Notes: generated from the sequence alone by a model not told the origin. A DNA stretch of 64,000 nucleotides from an uncultured Mucilaginibacter sp. (GCA_963422535.1 OY730227.1:2655582-2719581); one strand, 5' to 3'. Positions 17,518 through 28,223 are shown, numbered from the stretch's first letter. Program-made: numbers and translations.

Positions 17518-18656
17518 GCTGCTAATTCTCCTTTTATTTGCATCACCATTTCGTTAAGTGGATAACCAACAGCCTCCACATGATTATTGAGTGAGTTTAA
17601 TCCGCTTTTGCCTATTTTAATTAAAGCACGAGCAGCATTAATTTTTATCTCATTGTTTTTATTGTCAAGCAAATCAACTAAAAATGGAATATCATCTTCT
17701 GAGCCGATATTTTCAAATGCTTTTACTATGGCTACTTGGTGTTTGATGTTCTCCTTCATAAATCGCGACATAAGCTCGCTTGCAGTTTCTTCGGTATATA
17801 TCTCCGAAAGGCAATGGATAGCTTCTAATCTAACTTGCGATTTGGTATGGTCAAGACATTGAATAATAGTATCATGTGCCTCAAAACGGTTGTATTTTCG
17901 TGCAAATTTCAGGGCAAATGCCACAACGCTACTGTTGGTTGATTGTAGCCAATTATCAATATTTATTTCGGTTGGCGCAGCGGTTGATAGTTGTTGTAAA
18001 AGCTTTATTTGTTGCCAATCAGAAATAGGATAGGTAATAGTATCTAAAAATTGAAGTCCGTCGAACCCATCAAACTGTACAATGGCTGTTTGCGCTTCCA
18101 TACGTACCAATTCGTTCGGGTGGTTGGTTAATGAGAATATTTGCTCTACATATTCCTTCATCTCCATCACTGTAAGCTCTTGTACAGCTTTGGCTTTAAT
18201 ATGCCAAAACCTACTTTTTAAATTGCTTAAAGCATATTTATCCAGTCGTAATTGTTTGTAAAGTTTTATTAAATTATCAGATGATGTTCCAGAAATGTTC
18301 TTTTTTGCCAACATGATTTCCTGCATCAACAACCGCCTGAAATGCCTGCTACGAAGTAGTTTTTTTGCTCTGCTGGTTACAGGGATAGTGGTATTTTCGC
18401 CTTCTTCCTCGTCTAAAAATACGGCTTTTTGTATCAATAAATCCGATATTAATCGCCATTTATCATGCTTGCTTTCAAAAATATTTTTGTAGAGCATATA
18501 AAGCAGCATGAACACCAAAATACAGCTAATAAGACAGCCTATGGCAAGCATTACTGCTCCTTGATAATGGAGTTTTATAGGATATACCCCTGTTATAAAT
18601 GTAGTAATGTTCAATTTTTTTATTGTTAATAGCTTATATAGATTGCCACCTGCCAT
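17514..18656 (-). CDS. Membrane-anchored HEAT-repeat protein
   Basis: One N-terminal TM helix, then repeated helical units (WHIKAKAVQEL, VRMEAQTAI, VRLEAIHCL, IKINAARAL). Start codon is uncertain; 4-nt overlap with the GT2 gene. Confidence 0.82.
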   Translation of the reverse strand: MAGGNLYKLLTIKKLNITTFITGVYPIKLHYQGAVMLAIGCLISCILVFMLLYMLYKNIFESKHDKWRLISDLLIQKAVFLDEEEGENTTIPVTSRAKKLLRSRHFRRLLMQEIMLAKKNISGTSSDNLIKLYKQLRLDKYALSNLKSRFWHIKAKAVQELTVMEMKEYVEQIFSLTNHPNELVRMEAQTAIVQFDGFDGLQFLDTITYPISDWQQIKLLQQLSTAAPTEINIDNWLQSTNSSVVAFALKFARKYNRFEAHDTIIQCLDHTKSQVRLEAIHCLSEIYTEETASELMSRFMKENIKHQVAIVKAFENIGSEDDIPFLVDLLDNKNNEIKINAARALIKIGKSGLNSLNNHVEAVGYPLNEMVMQIKGELAA

Positions 18657-18690
18657 GCTTTGTTATAGTATTCAAAAAAACTGTCAAATG

Positions 18691-19059
18691 TTATTTTACA
18701 GTAGTGGTATCAAATCTGCGTACACGTACTGATAATTCATTCGGACTAAATGGCTTAGTGATATAATCATCAGCTCCAAGTTGGAATGCTTCGAGTACCA
18801 CGTTTTCTTGCCCCATACCCGATAATATGATAATTGGCGTGCCCGTTGGGTATTTCTTTTTTACAGCACCTACTACTTCAAGTCCCGATAGGTATGGCAT
18901 CATAATATCGGTAATTACCAAATTGGGTTGAAATTCTTCGAGTTTTGCCACAGCCTCTCTACCATCGTGCGTAACAATTACTTCGTGCCCATCTTTTTTA
19001 AGACGAAACTCAAGCATCTTAAGCATTAATTGATCGTCTTCGGCTATCAAGATTTTCAT
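18691..19059 (-). CDS. Single-domain response regulator (receiver only)
   Basis: ILIAEDD, phospho-acceptor ITDIMMP, ILS and DDYITKPF; no output domain. Confidence 0.93.
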   Translation of the reverse strand: MKILIAEDDQLMLKMLEFRLKKDGHEVIVTHDGREAVAKLEEFQPNLVITDIMMPYLSGLEVVGAVKKKYPTGTPIIILSGMGQENVVLEAFQLGADDYITKPFSPNELSVRVRRFDTTTVK

Positions 19060-19388
19060 ACTGTATTTTTTTAATAATCAAATAAATAAAATACCACCCT
19101 TTGAAGGCAATATCGCTTGTATACGTGGCAGTATTTATAATAGTTCCGAAATTTGAAATTTAGTTGCGTTGGGTTTTATAACTAATTAATATATAGCTAT
19201 TTATTGAATAGTTGTATGCGAAAAGTTGGATGCTTAATAGCGATATTATTTGCATGAAAAAAGCATTAAACTACATATGTTTTTTGAGATGCTTTACTAT
19301 GTAAAACATATTTTATGAACTGTATATATTTTAAATGAAACGCTATTTTATGTTTATTTGTAGCACATTCTTTTAAAACACCTTCAAG

Positions 19389-20750
19389 ATGAAAATACAT
19401 TTTATAGCCATTGGTGGCAGTGCTATGCACAATATGGCTATTGCTTTACACAAAAAAGGATTTCGGGTTACGGGTTCGGATGATGTGTTGTTTGAGCCAT
19501 CAGTTTCACGCTTAGCTAAACATAGTTTGCTACCCAAAAAAGAAGGCTGGCATCCCGAAAAAATTACTACTGATATTGATGCTGTTATATTAGGTATGCA
19601 CGCCCGTGCCGATAATCCCGAATTGTTGCGAGCGCAAGAGTTGGGCTTGAAGATATATTCGTATCCCGAATACATTTACGAACACTCAAAAAATAAATTG
19701 AGAGTGGTAATAGGGGGTAGCCATGGTAAAACAACCATTACCTCCATGATATTGCACGTGTTGAAAAATGTAGGTAAAGATTTTGATTATATGGTAGGGG
19801 CGCAGTTAGAAGGGTTTGATACCATGATGAAACTAACCGACGATGCTCCAGTAATTATAATTGAAGGCGATGAATATTTGTCATCACCAATTGATAGGCG
19901 ACCAAAATTCCATCTATACAAAGCTAATATTGGCGTAATAAGTGGTATAGCTTGGGATCATATTAATGTTTTCCCAACGTTTGATAATTATGTTGAGCAG
20001 TTTAAACTGTTTATGGATACCATAGCGGCAGAAAATGGCGAACTTATTTATTGCCAGCAAGATAATGTGTTGAACGATATTGTTAAAAATACTATTTATA
20101 AGGTAAAAAAATTACCTTATAATTTACCTAATTATATAGTTGAAAATGGAATTACTTTTATTATTACAAAAAATAATAAATTTAAATTAAATGTTTTTGG
20201 CGAACATAACTTATTAAATATAGAGGCTGCACGGCTAGTTTGTGAAAGTTTGGGAGTAGCTGAAAGCGAATTTTATACACAAATAAACAGCTTTAAAGGT
20301 GCAGCACGCCGTCTCGAGCTAATGGGCGAAAATGAAAACTCGAATTTTTATAAAGATTTTGCACACTCGCCATCAAAATTAAAGGCTACTATTCAGGCAG
20401 TTAAGGCGCAATTTCCGAATAGGAAACTTATTGCCTGTATCGAGCTGCATACTTTTAGTAGCTTAAATAAGGAGTTTTTGAACGAGTATGCCCACACTAT
20501 GGACGAAGCAGATACAGCTATTGTATTAATAGACAGAAAAACTTTTGAGCATAAAAATTTAACGCCATACGGAATTGATGAAGTAAAAAGTGCTTTTGAA
20601 AGGGGAGATTTATTGTTTTATGATAGCCCCGAAATGCTTTTAAAATACTTGGAGAGCCTTAATATGAGTGATTTAAACTTATTGATGATGAGCTCTGGAA
20701 ACTTTGGAGGTATTGATTTAAATATTCTTTCAAAAAAATATTATAAATAA
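19389..20750 (+). CDS. Mur ligase family protein, Mpl/MurC-like (murein peptide ligase)
   Basis: IHFIAIGGSAM, GGSHGKTT, EGDEY, GIAWDH and DFAHSP. Confidence 0.88.
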   Translation: MKIHFIAIGGSAMHNMAIALHKKGFRVTGSDDVLFEPSVSRLAKHSLLPKKEGWHPEKITTDIDAVILGMHARADNPELLRAQELGLKIYSYPEYIYEHSKNKLRVVIGGSHGKTTITSMILHVLKNVGKDFDYMVGAQLEGFDTMMKLTDDAPVIIIEGDEYLSSPIDRRPKFHLYKANIGVISGIAWDHINVFPTFDNYVEQFKLFMDTIAAENGELIYCQQDNVLNDIVKNTIYKVKKLPYNLPNYIVENGITFIITKNNKFKLNVFGEHNLLNIEAARLVCESLGVAESEFYTQINSFKGAARRLELMGENENSNFYKDFAHSPSKLKATIQAVKAQFPNRKLIACIELHTFSSLNKEFLNEYAHTMDEADTAIVLIDRKTFEHKNLTPYGIDEVKSAFERGDLLFYDSPEMLLKYLESLNMSDLNLLMMSSGNFGGIDLNILSKKYYK

Positions 20751-20821
20751 TTGCTTTATATTTAATTTTTTTGTTGTATTTTTATTTAACTAAAGAGAAA
20801 CCTTGTCTTAGTTATATAAAA

Positions 20822-21166
20822 ATGAAATTAATCGGAAAAAAAATCAGGCTGCTACGCCATCAAAAAGGATGGAGCCAAGAAGATGTAGCAAAAAAATTGG
20901 ACATCTCAATCCCAGCGTTCTCTAAAATAGAAACAGGGATAACGGACATCAACTTATCGCGTCTTGAACAAATTGCTACTTTGTTTGAAATGACGGTTAT
21001 ACAGTTGCTTACATTTGATGAGGATGATAGTACTAGCAAGGAGTTTATTAATGAATTGGAAACAATTAATAGTAAACTTTTGCAGCGAGAGGCGGAAGTA
21101 ATTGAATTACAAAAGAAGGTAATTGAATTGTTTGAAGAGATAAGAAGCACCAAACAGAGAGTTTAG
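20822..21166 (+). CDS. XRE-family HTH regulator with a C-terminal coiled coil
   Basis: KIRLLRHQKGWSQEDVAKKLDISIPAFSKIETG. Likely ATG is 20822; the ORF track gives 20771. Confidence 0.88.
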   Translation: MKLIGKKIRLLRHQKGWSQEDVAKKLDISIPAFSKIETGITDINLSRLEQIATLFEMTVIQLLTFDEDDSTSKEFINELETINSKLLQREAEVIELQKKVIELFEEIRSTKQRV

Positions 21167-21192
21167 TTGTTACTAAAATTTGATGATGGTTA

Positions 21193-21642
21193 TCAGCGTT
21201 TCATTGCTCTGTCCATCTCAATTTTAGTATCACGTTCTTTTAATGTTTCGCGTTTGTCAAAAGTCTTTTTACCTTGAGCTAAACCAATTTCTAATTTAGC
21301 AAAACCGCGCTCACTAATAAAAAGGGCAAGGGGCACTATGGTTAATCCTTTTTCTTCGCCACGGGTTTGCAGTTTTTTTAGTTCTTTTTTATTCAATAAT
21401 AAAACTCTATCACGTTTAGCTTCGTGGTTATAAAATGAGCCGAAAGAATATTCGGCAATATGCAAATTGCGCACAAATAATTGATTATCAATAAATGTAC
21501 AAAAAGCATCATTCAAGTTGGCTTTCCCATCCCTGATTGACTTTATTTCGGTACCCAGTAATTTTATTCCGGCTATGTATTTATCCAGAATACTGTATTC
21601 AAAATAGGCTTTCTTGTTTTTTATATATAAATCCTGACTCAT
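21193..21642 (-). CDS. smpB: SsrA-binding protein
   Basis: NKKAYFEY, AGIKLLGTEIKSIR and GKKTFDKR. Confidence 0.97.
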   Translation of the reverse strand: MSQDLYIKNKKAYFEYSILDKYIAGIKLLGTEIKSIRDGKANLNDAFCTFIDNQLFVRNLHIAEYSFGSFYNHEAKRDRVLLLNKKELKKLQTRGEEKGLTIVPLALFISERGFAKLEIGLAQGKKTFDKRETLKERDTKIEMDRAMKR

Positions 21643-21671
21643 CTCTTGCGCTTTTGCTGCAAATATGCAAA

Positions 21672-23576
21672 TTATTTCGGTTGTGGCTTTACTACCAACA
21701 CAGGCACGTTTACTAAATGGCGCACCGAGTTTACCGTAGTGCCAAATATAAGGTCTTTAATGGCTTTATGACCATGCGAACCCATTACCACAAAATCAAT
21801 ATGTTTATCATTTACAATTTGTGCTATTGCTTTGGCAGCTCGCCCATAGCCAATTTCGCCTTTTGCGGTATAGCCCATCTCTGTTAATGAGGTTACATAT
21901 TTACTTAAATTATCCACATCGCTTTGTGTTTCATGATCCATCACCTCAGTACCATAATAGCGTGCACCAGCCGTTTCAACTACGTGTATTAAAGTATAAT
22001 GTGCATCTTCCCCACCTTGCATAATAGCGTGTCTTATACAATCGCGGTCGTTACTCGAAAAGTCAATCGTGATACCAATATTTTGATAGGTAATAGGTGT
22101 AAGGTCGGTTATTTTTGTAGCCAATCCATGTGGTACTTGTGCAGGTTGGTCTTTATGTTTAGATAATATTGGCATCAAAAATACATAGAGTAATAATAAA
22201 GCTGTTGCAATGGTAATAGGTATCACTATGGCATATATCCATATTGAAGAGTGAGGATATTGATTTATCCAGTCATTAATTTGACTATATACCAATTTGG
22301 CATTTAGCCCGATGATTAATACAGCGCAAGCCCAAGCTAAGATTTTAACTTTCAGTCCGATAGCAAATTCGCCCATGCGTTTCTTATCCGAAGTAAAGTG
22401 AATAAGCGGCACAATGGCAAAACCCAATTGCAGGCTTAGCACTACTTGGCTTAATATAATCAAACTTCCAAGCCCACTCTCGCCAAAATAAATAATGGTA
22501 AATACAGCAGGTATAATGGCCAACAGCCGAGTTAATAGCCGCCGTAGCCAGGGCTCGATACGCAGGTTGATATGCCCTTCCATAATAATTTGCCCCGCAA
22601 GTGTACCTGTTATGGTCGAGCTTTGCCCCGATGCAATAAGCGCAATAGCAAATAGCGTAGGGGCTAATGAACCGAAGATGTGCCCTAATAGTTTGTAAGC
22701 ATCCTGAATTTCGGCTACTTGATAAAACCCGTTTTTAAAAAATGCACTTGCAGCTAATATTAATATGGCAGCGTTGACAAAAAATGCAAGATTGAGCGCA
22801 ATGGTGGTATCGTAGAAATTGAATTTGATAGCCGCTTTGATGCCCTCGCTGCTACGGTTTATTTTTCGGGTTTGTACTAACGACGAATGCAGATATAAAT
22901 TGTGTGGCATAACGGTTGCGCCGATAATACCAATGGCGATATACAGCATATTCTGACTGATAGTATCGCCTTTAAATAAATTGTTAGGGATAAATCCTTT
23001 AGCTATTTCGGTAACATTTGGACCAACAATAAACATCTCTATCAGGTAAGATATCCCAATAATGAATATCATCGACATGATAAAAACCTCCAGCTTTCGC
23101 ATCCCTTTGTTCATTAAAAACAACATCAATATGGTATCAGTAATGGTGAGCGATACACCCCATACCAAAGGCAAATGAAATAATAGCTGTAAGCCAATAG
23201 CCATGCCAATAATTTCGGCCAAATCGCAAGCAATAATGGCTATTTGTGCCAATATGTAAAGCCAAAAGTTAACAAAATGAGAGTAAGTATTTTTTGACGC
23301 TTGTGCCAAATCGAGCCCTCGCACTATACCCAATCTTGCACTTAATGATTGTAGCAGTAAGGCAATTAAGTTGGATACGAATAAAACCCATGTCAGTTTG
23401 TAGCCAAAGGCACTGCCGCCAGCAATATCCGTAGCCCAATTGCCAGGGTCCATATATCCAACACTTACTAAATAAGCAGGACCCAAAAAAGCCAATAACT
23501 TGCGCCAGCCCAATTTGTTTTCGGTACTTACTGAGCTATGTACATTGGCTAATGATTGATTTTGTTTATCGTTCAT
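21672..23576 (-). CDS. mntH: Nramp Mn2+/Fe2+ transporter with a C-terminal universal-stress-protein domain
   Basis: VGYMDPGNW and GATVMPHNLYLHS; C-terminal VVMGSHGHK...FGTTVNSV (USP domain). Confidence 0.93.
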   Translation of the reverse strand: MNDKQNQSLANVHSSVSTENKLGWRKLLAFLGPAYLVSVGYMDPGNWATDIAGGSAFGYKLTWVLFVSNLIALLLQSLSARLGIVRGLDLAQASKNTYSHFVNFWLYILAQIAIIACDLAEIIGMAIGLQLLFHLPLVWGVSLTITDTILMLFLMNKGMRKLEVFIMSMIFIIGISYLIEMFIVGPNVTEIAKGFIPNNLFKGDTISQNMLYIAIGIIGATVMPHNLYLHSSLVQTRKINRSSEGIKAAIKFNFYDTTIALNLAFFVNAAILILAASAFFKNGFYQVAEIQDAYKLLGHIFGSLAPTLFAIALIASGQSSTITGTLAGQIIMEGHINLRIEPWLRRLLTRLLAIIPAVFTIIYFGESGLGSLIILSQVVLSLQLGFAIVPLIHFTSDKKRMGEFAIGLKVKILAWACAVLIIGLNAKLVYSQINDWINQYPHSSIWIYAIVIPITIATALLLLYVFLMPILSKHKDQPAQVPHGLATKITDLTPITYQNIGITIDFSSNDRDCIRHAIMQGGEDAHYTLIHVVETAGARYYGTEVMDHETQSDVDNLSKYVTSLTEMGYTAKGEIGYGRAAKAIAQIVNDKHIDFVVMGSHGHKAIKDLIFGTTVNSVRHLVNVPVLVVKPQPK

Positions 23577-24223
23577 ATCGCAATCAATAAGTTATTTGCC
23601 ACTTCTCGGCTGATGTGTATTTTTTGGTCATTCACTTCTATAGTTAGCGAGTGGTCGTAAGCATTAATCTCTCTGATGGTTATTTTTTTGCCAATGGTTA
23701 GGTGCATCTTTTCGAGATATTGAAGATAGGTGGGCGAGTGGTCGCGCACACCCGAAATAATACCATTCTCGTTAATAGCTAATGCCGAAACGGGCTTTAA
23801 TTGGTGTGTTTTAAATAAGCCATTGCTGTCGGGTATTGGGTCGCCATGCGGGTCATATTTCGGATACCCCATAAACTCATCTAAGCGATTAATCAACTCT
23901 TTCGATGAAATATGTTCCAATTCTTCGGCTACATCATGCACTTCATCCCATTTAAAATTCAGCTTCTCTACCAAAAAATATTCCCAAAGCCGATGCTTAC
24001 GAATAATATCTACGGCAATTTTTTCGCCAGATGGGGTGAGTGTAACGCCTTGATATTTGGTATAATTGATGAGGTGTTTATCTGCCAGTTTTTTAAGCAT
24101 ATCCGTTACCGATGCCGCTTTGGTATTCAACGAACTGGCAATTTGATTGGTGCTGGCATATTCATTTTGTAATGATAAATGAAAAATAGCCTTCAAATAA
24201 TTCTCTTCAGTAAATGTATTCAT
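23573..24223 (-). CDS. mntR: DtxR/MntR metal-dependent repressor with a FeoA-like tail
   Basis: TEENYLKAIF, RKHRLWEYFL, AEELEH and DPHGDPIP; overlaps mntH by 4 nt. Confidence 0.9.
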   Translation of the reverse strand: MNTFTEENYLKAIFHLSLQNEYASTNQIASSLNTKAASVTDMLKKLADKHLINYTKYQGVTLTPSGEKIAVDIIRKHRLWEYFLVEKLNFKWDEVHDVAEELEHISSKELINRLDEFMGYPKYDPHGDPIPDSNGLFKTHQLKPVSALAINENGIISGVRDHSPTYLQYLEKMHLTIGKKITIREINAYDHSLTIEVNDQKIHISREVANNLLIAI

Positions 24224-24244
24224 TTAAACAAATCTAATAAAAAA

Positions 24245-24260
24245 TTTAGATTAGTCTAAA
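24245..24260. promoter_or_regulatory. DtxR/MntR-type operator palindrome
   Basis: TTTAGATTAGTCTAAA, 22-37 nt upstream of the mntR ATG; resembles TTAGGTTAACCTAA-type boxes. Confidence 0.65.
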
Positions 24261-24331
24261 AATTTAAGAGAAATTTTATTTCGATATAAATAGTTTTTTG
24301 AAAAATTATATTTTGTTTATTAACTTAAAAC

Positions 24332-24339
24332 TATATTTG
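24332..24339 (+). promoter_or_regulatory. -7 box TATATTTG for the Lrp/AsnC gene
   Basis: TAnnTTTG match 7 nt before the ATG. Confidence 0.5.
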
Positions 24340-24346
24340 TACCATC

Positions 24347-24817
24347 ATGGCAGCTGAACTAGATAAGATAGACCTACAGATTCTTAAAATATTGCAAGAG
24401 AACGGCAGAATTACAAATTTGCAACTTTCAAACGAAATTGGACTTTCGCCTGCACCCACGTTGGAGCGTGTGCGTAAACTCGAAAATGCCGAGTATATAA
24501 AAAGTTATCACGCGCTTGTTGATGAAGAAAAATTGGGTTTAGGGATAAAAACATTTATTCAGATATCGCTTGATTTTCATAAAAACAATACCATTCAGGT
24601 GTTTTTAGATGAGATACAAAAAATAAAAGAAGTAACCGAGTGCCATCATGTTACAGGGCAATGCGATTTTCTGTTGAAAGTGTATGTAAGCAATATTAAA
24701 GCCTACGAACAACTGATAATGGAGAAAATAAGCCGCATACCTGTGGTTAAAACTTTTCAAACCATGATGATTATGTCAACCAGTAAAAAAGAACCAATAG
24801 TTCCGTTGGAGTATTAG
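24347..24817 (+). CDS. Lrp/AsnC family regulator
   Basis: LDKIDLQILKILQENGR, GLSPAPTLERVRKLE and ECHHVTGQCDFLLKV. Confidence 0.93.
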   Translation: MAAELDKIDLQILKILQENGRITNLQLSNEIGLSPAPTLERVRKLENAEYIKSYHALVDEEKLGLGIKTFIQISLDFHKNNTIQVFLDEIQKIKEVTECHHVTGQCDFLLKVYVSNIKAYEQLIMEKISRIPVVKTFQTMMIMSTSKKEPIVPLEY

Positions 24818-24847
24818 TCTTTTGGGTTAAGCAAACAATTTCCTGTT

Positions 24848-25525
24848 TTAATGTATTTGCCAGTCAACTGGTGCATTACCTTCTTTTTCTAAAAGCATAT
24901 TTGCTTTTGAAAAAGGTTTTGAACCATAAAATCCTCTCTCGACAGATAGTGGCGAGGGATGTACTGATTTTAAAATATGATGTTTACTTTGGTCTATTAA
25001 TACTGCCTTTGATTGTGCATAATTGCCCCACAATATAAATACGATCCCCTTTCGTTGGTCTGATAGCTTTTTAATCACCACATCAGTAAATTGCTCCCAT
25101 CCTCTTTTTTGATGCGATGCTGCCTCTCCTGCCCGAACAGTAAGTGTAGCATTGAGTAGTAATACACCTTGCGCTGCCCACTCTTCCAAATTACCGTGCT
25201 TGGGTAGGGTAAAACCGGTTATATCAGTCAATAGCTCTTTGTAAATGTTGTTTAACGAACGAGGTATGGCAATACCTTTTTGTACCGAGAATGATAAACC
25301 ATGCGCCTGATGCTCGCCATGATATGGGTCTTGTCCGATGATGACCACTTTTACTTTATCGAATGGCGTTTTGTTAAATGCGTTGAAAATTTCGTTACTC
25401 TTTGGATAAATCACACGCCCTTCAGCCTTCTCTTGTTTTAAAAATTGCTTCAGTTTTAGCATATATTCCTTCTCAAATTCTTCCTCTAAAACTTTAAGCC
25501 ACGATGTTTCTAAATCTATTGCCAT
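24848..25525 (-). CDS. ung: Uracil-DNA glycosylase (family 1)
   Basis: GQDPYH, GLSFS, VLLLN and HPSPLS. Confidence 0.97.
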   Translation of the reverse strand: MAIDLETSWLKVLEEEFEKEYMLKLKQFLKQEKAEGRVIYPKSNEIFNAFNKTPFDKVKVVIIGQDPYHGEHQAHGLSFSVQKGIAIPRSLNNIYKELLTDITGFTLPKHGNLEEWAAQGVLLLNATLTVRAGEAASHQKRGWEQFTDVVIKKLSDQRKGIVFILWGNYAQSKAVLIDQSKHHILKSVHPSPLSVERGFYGSKPFSKANMLLEKEGNAPVDWQIH

Positions 25526-25599
25526 AAATATTGATACAGATGTTGGTTAAGAATACAAATAAACGGATATTTGCAGTCTATTTTATAGCATACAAAATT

Positions 25600-26151
25600 A
25601 TGTCAAATATTCTTCGATTAATTATTGCCTGCGTTATAGCAGGAGCGGGTGTTACACTATGTGGTTTTGGTTTTTGGGGATGGGGTATATTGGTGTTTTT
25701 AATGGGTGGTATGGTGCTGCTTACTTATTTCTTTAACGAAAATATGCTGATAGCTCAGTATTATCTACGTAAAGAAAATACAGTAAAAGCCGAAGAGTGG
25801 TTGTTGAAAATAAGTAACTACGAAAAGCAATTGAACAAATCGCAACATGGCTATTATAATTTATTGATTGGATTGATAGAGTCGCGCAAAGCACCTATGA
25901 AATCTGAAAAATATTTTAAAAAGGCACTTTCTTTAGGAATGAAAATGTCGCACAATACAGCATTAGCAAAATTGAGTTTAGCGGGTATAGCAATGGGTAA
26001 ACGTAATAAGCGAGAGGCTCAAATGTATTTGCAAGAAGCTGCTAAGGATGATAAAAACAAATTACTTGCTGATCAGATAAAAATGATGAAAGGGCAAATG
26101 GCGCAGATGGATAAACAGCAAGTGGTTCGTGGGGGATATCGCCAGTTTTAA
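25600..26151 (+). CDS. Membrane-anchored TPR-like hypothetical protein
   Basis: Two N-terminal TM helices, then TPR-like helices. Likely ATG is 25600; the ORF track gives 25531. Confidence 0.7.
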   Translation: MSNILRLIIACVIAGAGVTLCGFGFWGWGILVFLMGGMVLLTYFFNENMLIAQYYLRKENTVKAEEWLLKISNYEKQLNKSQHGYYNLLIGLIESRKAPMKSEKYFKKALSLGMKMSHNTALAKLSLAGIAMGKRNKREAQMYLQEAAKDDKNKLLADQIKMMKGQMAQMDKQQVVRGGYRQF

Positions 26152-26191
26152 TTATAAAAAGTAGGCTTTAAAAGATTTTACCTTTTAAAGC

Positions 26192-26404
26192 CTATTTCTC
26201 ATCAAGCGAGCTGTAATAATCGGGCTCTGATAGCTTAAATTCTCGCGACGTGCTGTTATCTTCAGAGATATTTTGCGTCGTATCAGTTGTATTTGATACC
26301 TCAACTATCTTTAATAAACTACGAATAAACGATAAATCGAACTTACCTCTATTTAGTTTTATTAAGTACTCACTCTCTGTAATTTCTAAAATTGAATTTG
26401 TCAT
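26192..26404 (-). CDS. Small hypothetical protein (70 aa)
   Basis: Fills the gap downstream of lysS on the same strand, with a plausible start and composition. Confidence 0.55.
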   Translation of the reverse strand: MTNSILEITESEYLIKLNRGKFDLSFIRSLLKIVEVSNTTDTTQNISEDNSTSREFKLSEPDYYSSLDEK

Positions 26405-26501
26405 AAATATACTATTAGCTATTGCGCATAAAATTAAACGGAATAGCCAATACTAAAGTTTTGATGACTTTATGATTTTATTATCAAATTGTTAAGCAAA
26501 A

Positions 26502-28223
26502 CTATTCAAACCAAGCCATTACCGCCTCTTTTGTAGGTATGGTGATATCCAGTTTTAACTTTTTACGCATCCCGCCCAAATCGTTAAAAACCTTGTTCGG
26601 GTTGGCTGCTTTTAACTCTTCTACAGTATTAAAGCCCATTTTATTCAACACCACAACCCACTCGGTAGGCACGCCAATTTTTATGAAATCATCAGCAGTG
26701 GCTACTTTTGCTTTCTTTTCGGGGCGCATTTGTGGGAAAAATAGCACTTCTTGTATGGTGCTTTGGTTAGTCATGAGCATTACCAAACGGTCGATACCAA
26801 TACCCAGCCCCGATGTAGGCGGCATACCATATTCTAAAGCACGCAAAAAATCATCATCCATAGCCATCGCTTCTTCGTCGCCACGCCCTGCCAATATCAA
26901 CTGTTCTTCCAAACGTTGGCGTTGGTCAATCGGATCGTTCAACTCGGTATAAGCATTGGCTATCTCTTTACCATTTACAAATAGCTCGAAACGCTCCACT
27001 AAACCATCTTTGGTACGATGCTTTTTAGCAAGCGGGGTCATTTCGATAGGATAATCGGTAATATAGGTAGGTTGTATAAGGTTGGCTTCTACTTTTGCGC
27101 CAAATATCTCATCAATCAATTTACCTTTACCCATGGTATCATCTACCTCAATACCCAACTCTTTACAAGTTTCGCGTAGGGCAGCTTCATCCATTGCCGA
27201 TACATCTATACCTGTGTATTTCAATATCGAATCGTACATGGATAATTTGGTGTATGGCCCTTCAAAATTGATTTCGTTTTCGCCTACCTGCACTACTGGT
27301 ATGCCGTGTACAGCACGGGTAACGTGCTCTAAACAAGCCTCTACCATTGCCATCATCCATATATAATCTTTATAAGCCACATATATCTCTACCGATGTAA
27401 ATTCGGGGTTGTGCGTTCTGTCCATCCCCTCATTGCGAAACATCTTACCAAACTCATACACCCCATCAAAACCAGCCACTATCAATCGTTTCAGATACAA
27501 CTCGTTAGCAATGCGCAAATAGAGCGGCATATCCAAAGTATTGTGATGTGTAGCAAACGGGCGTGCAGCCGCACCACCATGCACAGGTTGTAGGATAGGG
27601 GTTTCTACCTCCATCCAACCGTTGCTATTAAAATAATCGCGCATCGAGCTGATTACTTTAGAACGGTTCATGAATATTTGTTTAAATTCTGGATTTACAG
27701 TCAAATCTACATAACGTTGGCGATAGCGCATTTCGGGGTCGGTAAAGCCATCGTGTATATGCCCTTCCTCATCACGCTTTACAATAGGAAGCGGTTTTAA
27801 CGATTTTGAAAGTAACGTAAATTCACGCACGTGTACCGATATTTCGCCAGTTTGGGTTAAAAACACATACCCTTTTACCCCAATATAGTCGCCTATATCC
27901 AACAGTTTTTTAAATACAGTATTATATAGCGTTTTATCCTCATCAGGGCATATATCATCACGTTTTAAATAAACTTGGATGCGCCCAGTCGAATCTTGCA
28001 ACTCAGCAAACGAAGCATTACCCATAATGCGGCGCGTCATGATACGACCAGCCAATACCACATTTTGATAGGTATCAGCATTTGTTTCAAAGTTTTCCTT
28101 TATATCTTGGGCAAATGCGGTGATAGGATAAGCCTCGGCAGGGTATGGGTTGATACCCAAGTTGCGTAGCTGTTGTAACGATTCGCGGCGTAATATTTCC
28201 TGTTCGGATAGTGCAATACTCAT
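26502..28223 (-). CDS. lysS: Lysine--tRNA ligase (class II) with the Bacteroidetes C-terminal extension
   Basis: [37 protein letters not shown] and [16 protein letters not shown]. Likely start is 28223. Confidence 0.97.
   Translation of the reverse strand: MSIALSEQEILRRESLQQLRNLGINPYPAEAYPITAFAQDIKENFETNADTYQNVVLAGRIMTRRIMGNASFAELQDSTGRIQVYLKRDDICPDEDKTLYNTVFKKLLDIGDYIGVKGYVFLTQTGEISVHVREFTLLSKSLKPLPIVKRDEEGHIHDGFTDPEMRYRQRYVDLTVNPEFKQIFMNRSKVISSMRDYFNSNGWMEVETPILQPVHGGAAARPFATHHNTLDMPLYLRIANELYLKRLIVAGFDGVYEFGKMFRNEGMDRTHNPEFTSVEIYVAYKDYIWMMAMVEACLEHVTRAVHGIPVVQVGENEINFEGPYTKLSMYDSILKYTGIDVSAMDEAALRETCKELGIEVDDTMGKGKLIDEIFGAKVEANLIQPTYITDYPIEMTPLAKKHRTKDGLVERFELFVNGKEIANAYTELNDPIDQRQRLEEQLILAGRGDEEAMAMDDDFLRALEYGMPPTSGLGIGIDRLVMLMTNQSTIQEVLFFPQMRPEKKAKVATADDFIKIGVPTEWVVVLNKMGFNTVEELKAANPNKVFNDLGGMRKKLKLDITIPTKEAVMAWFE

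Noticed and set aside
19060-19388. AT-rich 330-bp divergent intergenic region as a possible ncRNA
   Set aside because: No stable stem or recognisable riboswitch; most simply read as divergent promoters.
20822-21166. XRE regulator as the cognate substrate of the IrrE fusion
   Set aside because: It is 18 kb away in a housekeeping context and no sequence evidence links the two.
21193-21642. ssrA (tmRNA) gene or an integrated element next to smpB
   Set aside because: Flanking intergenic spaces are under 30 nt, leaving no room for an RNA gene or att site.
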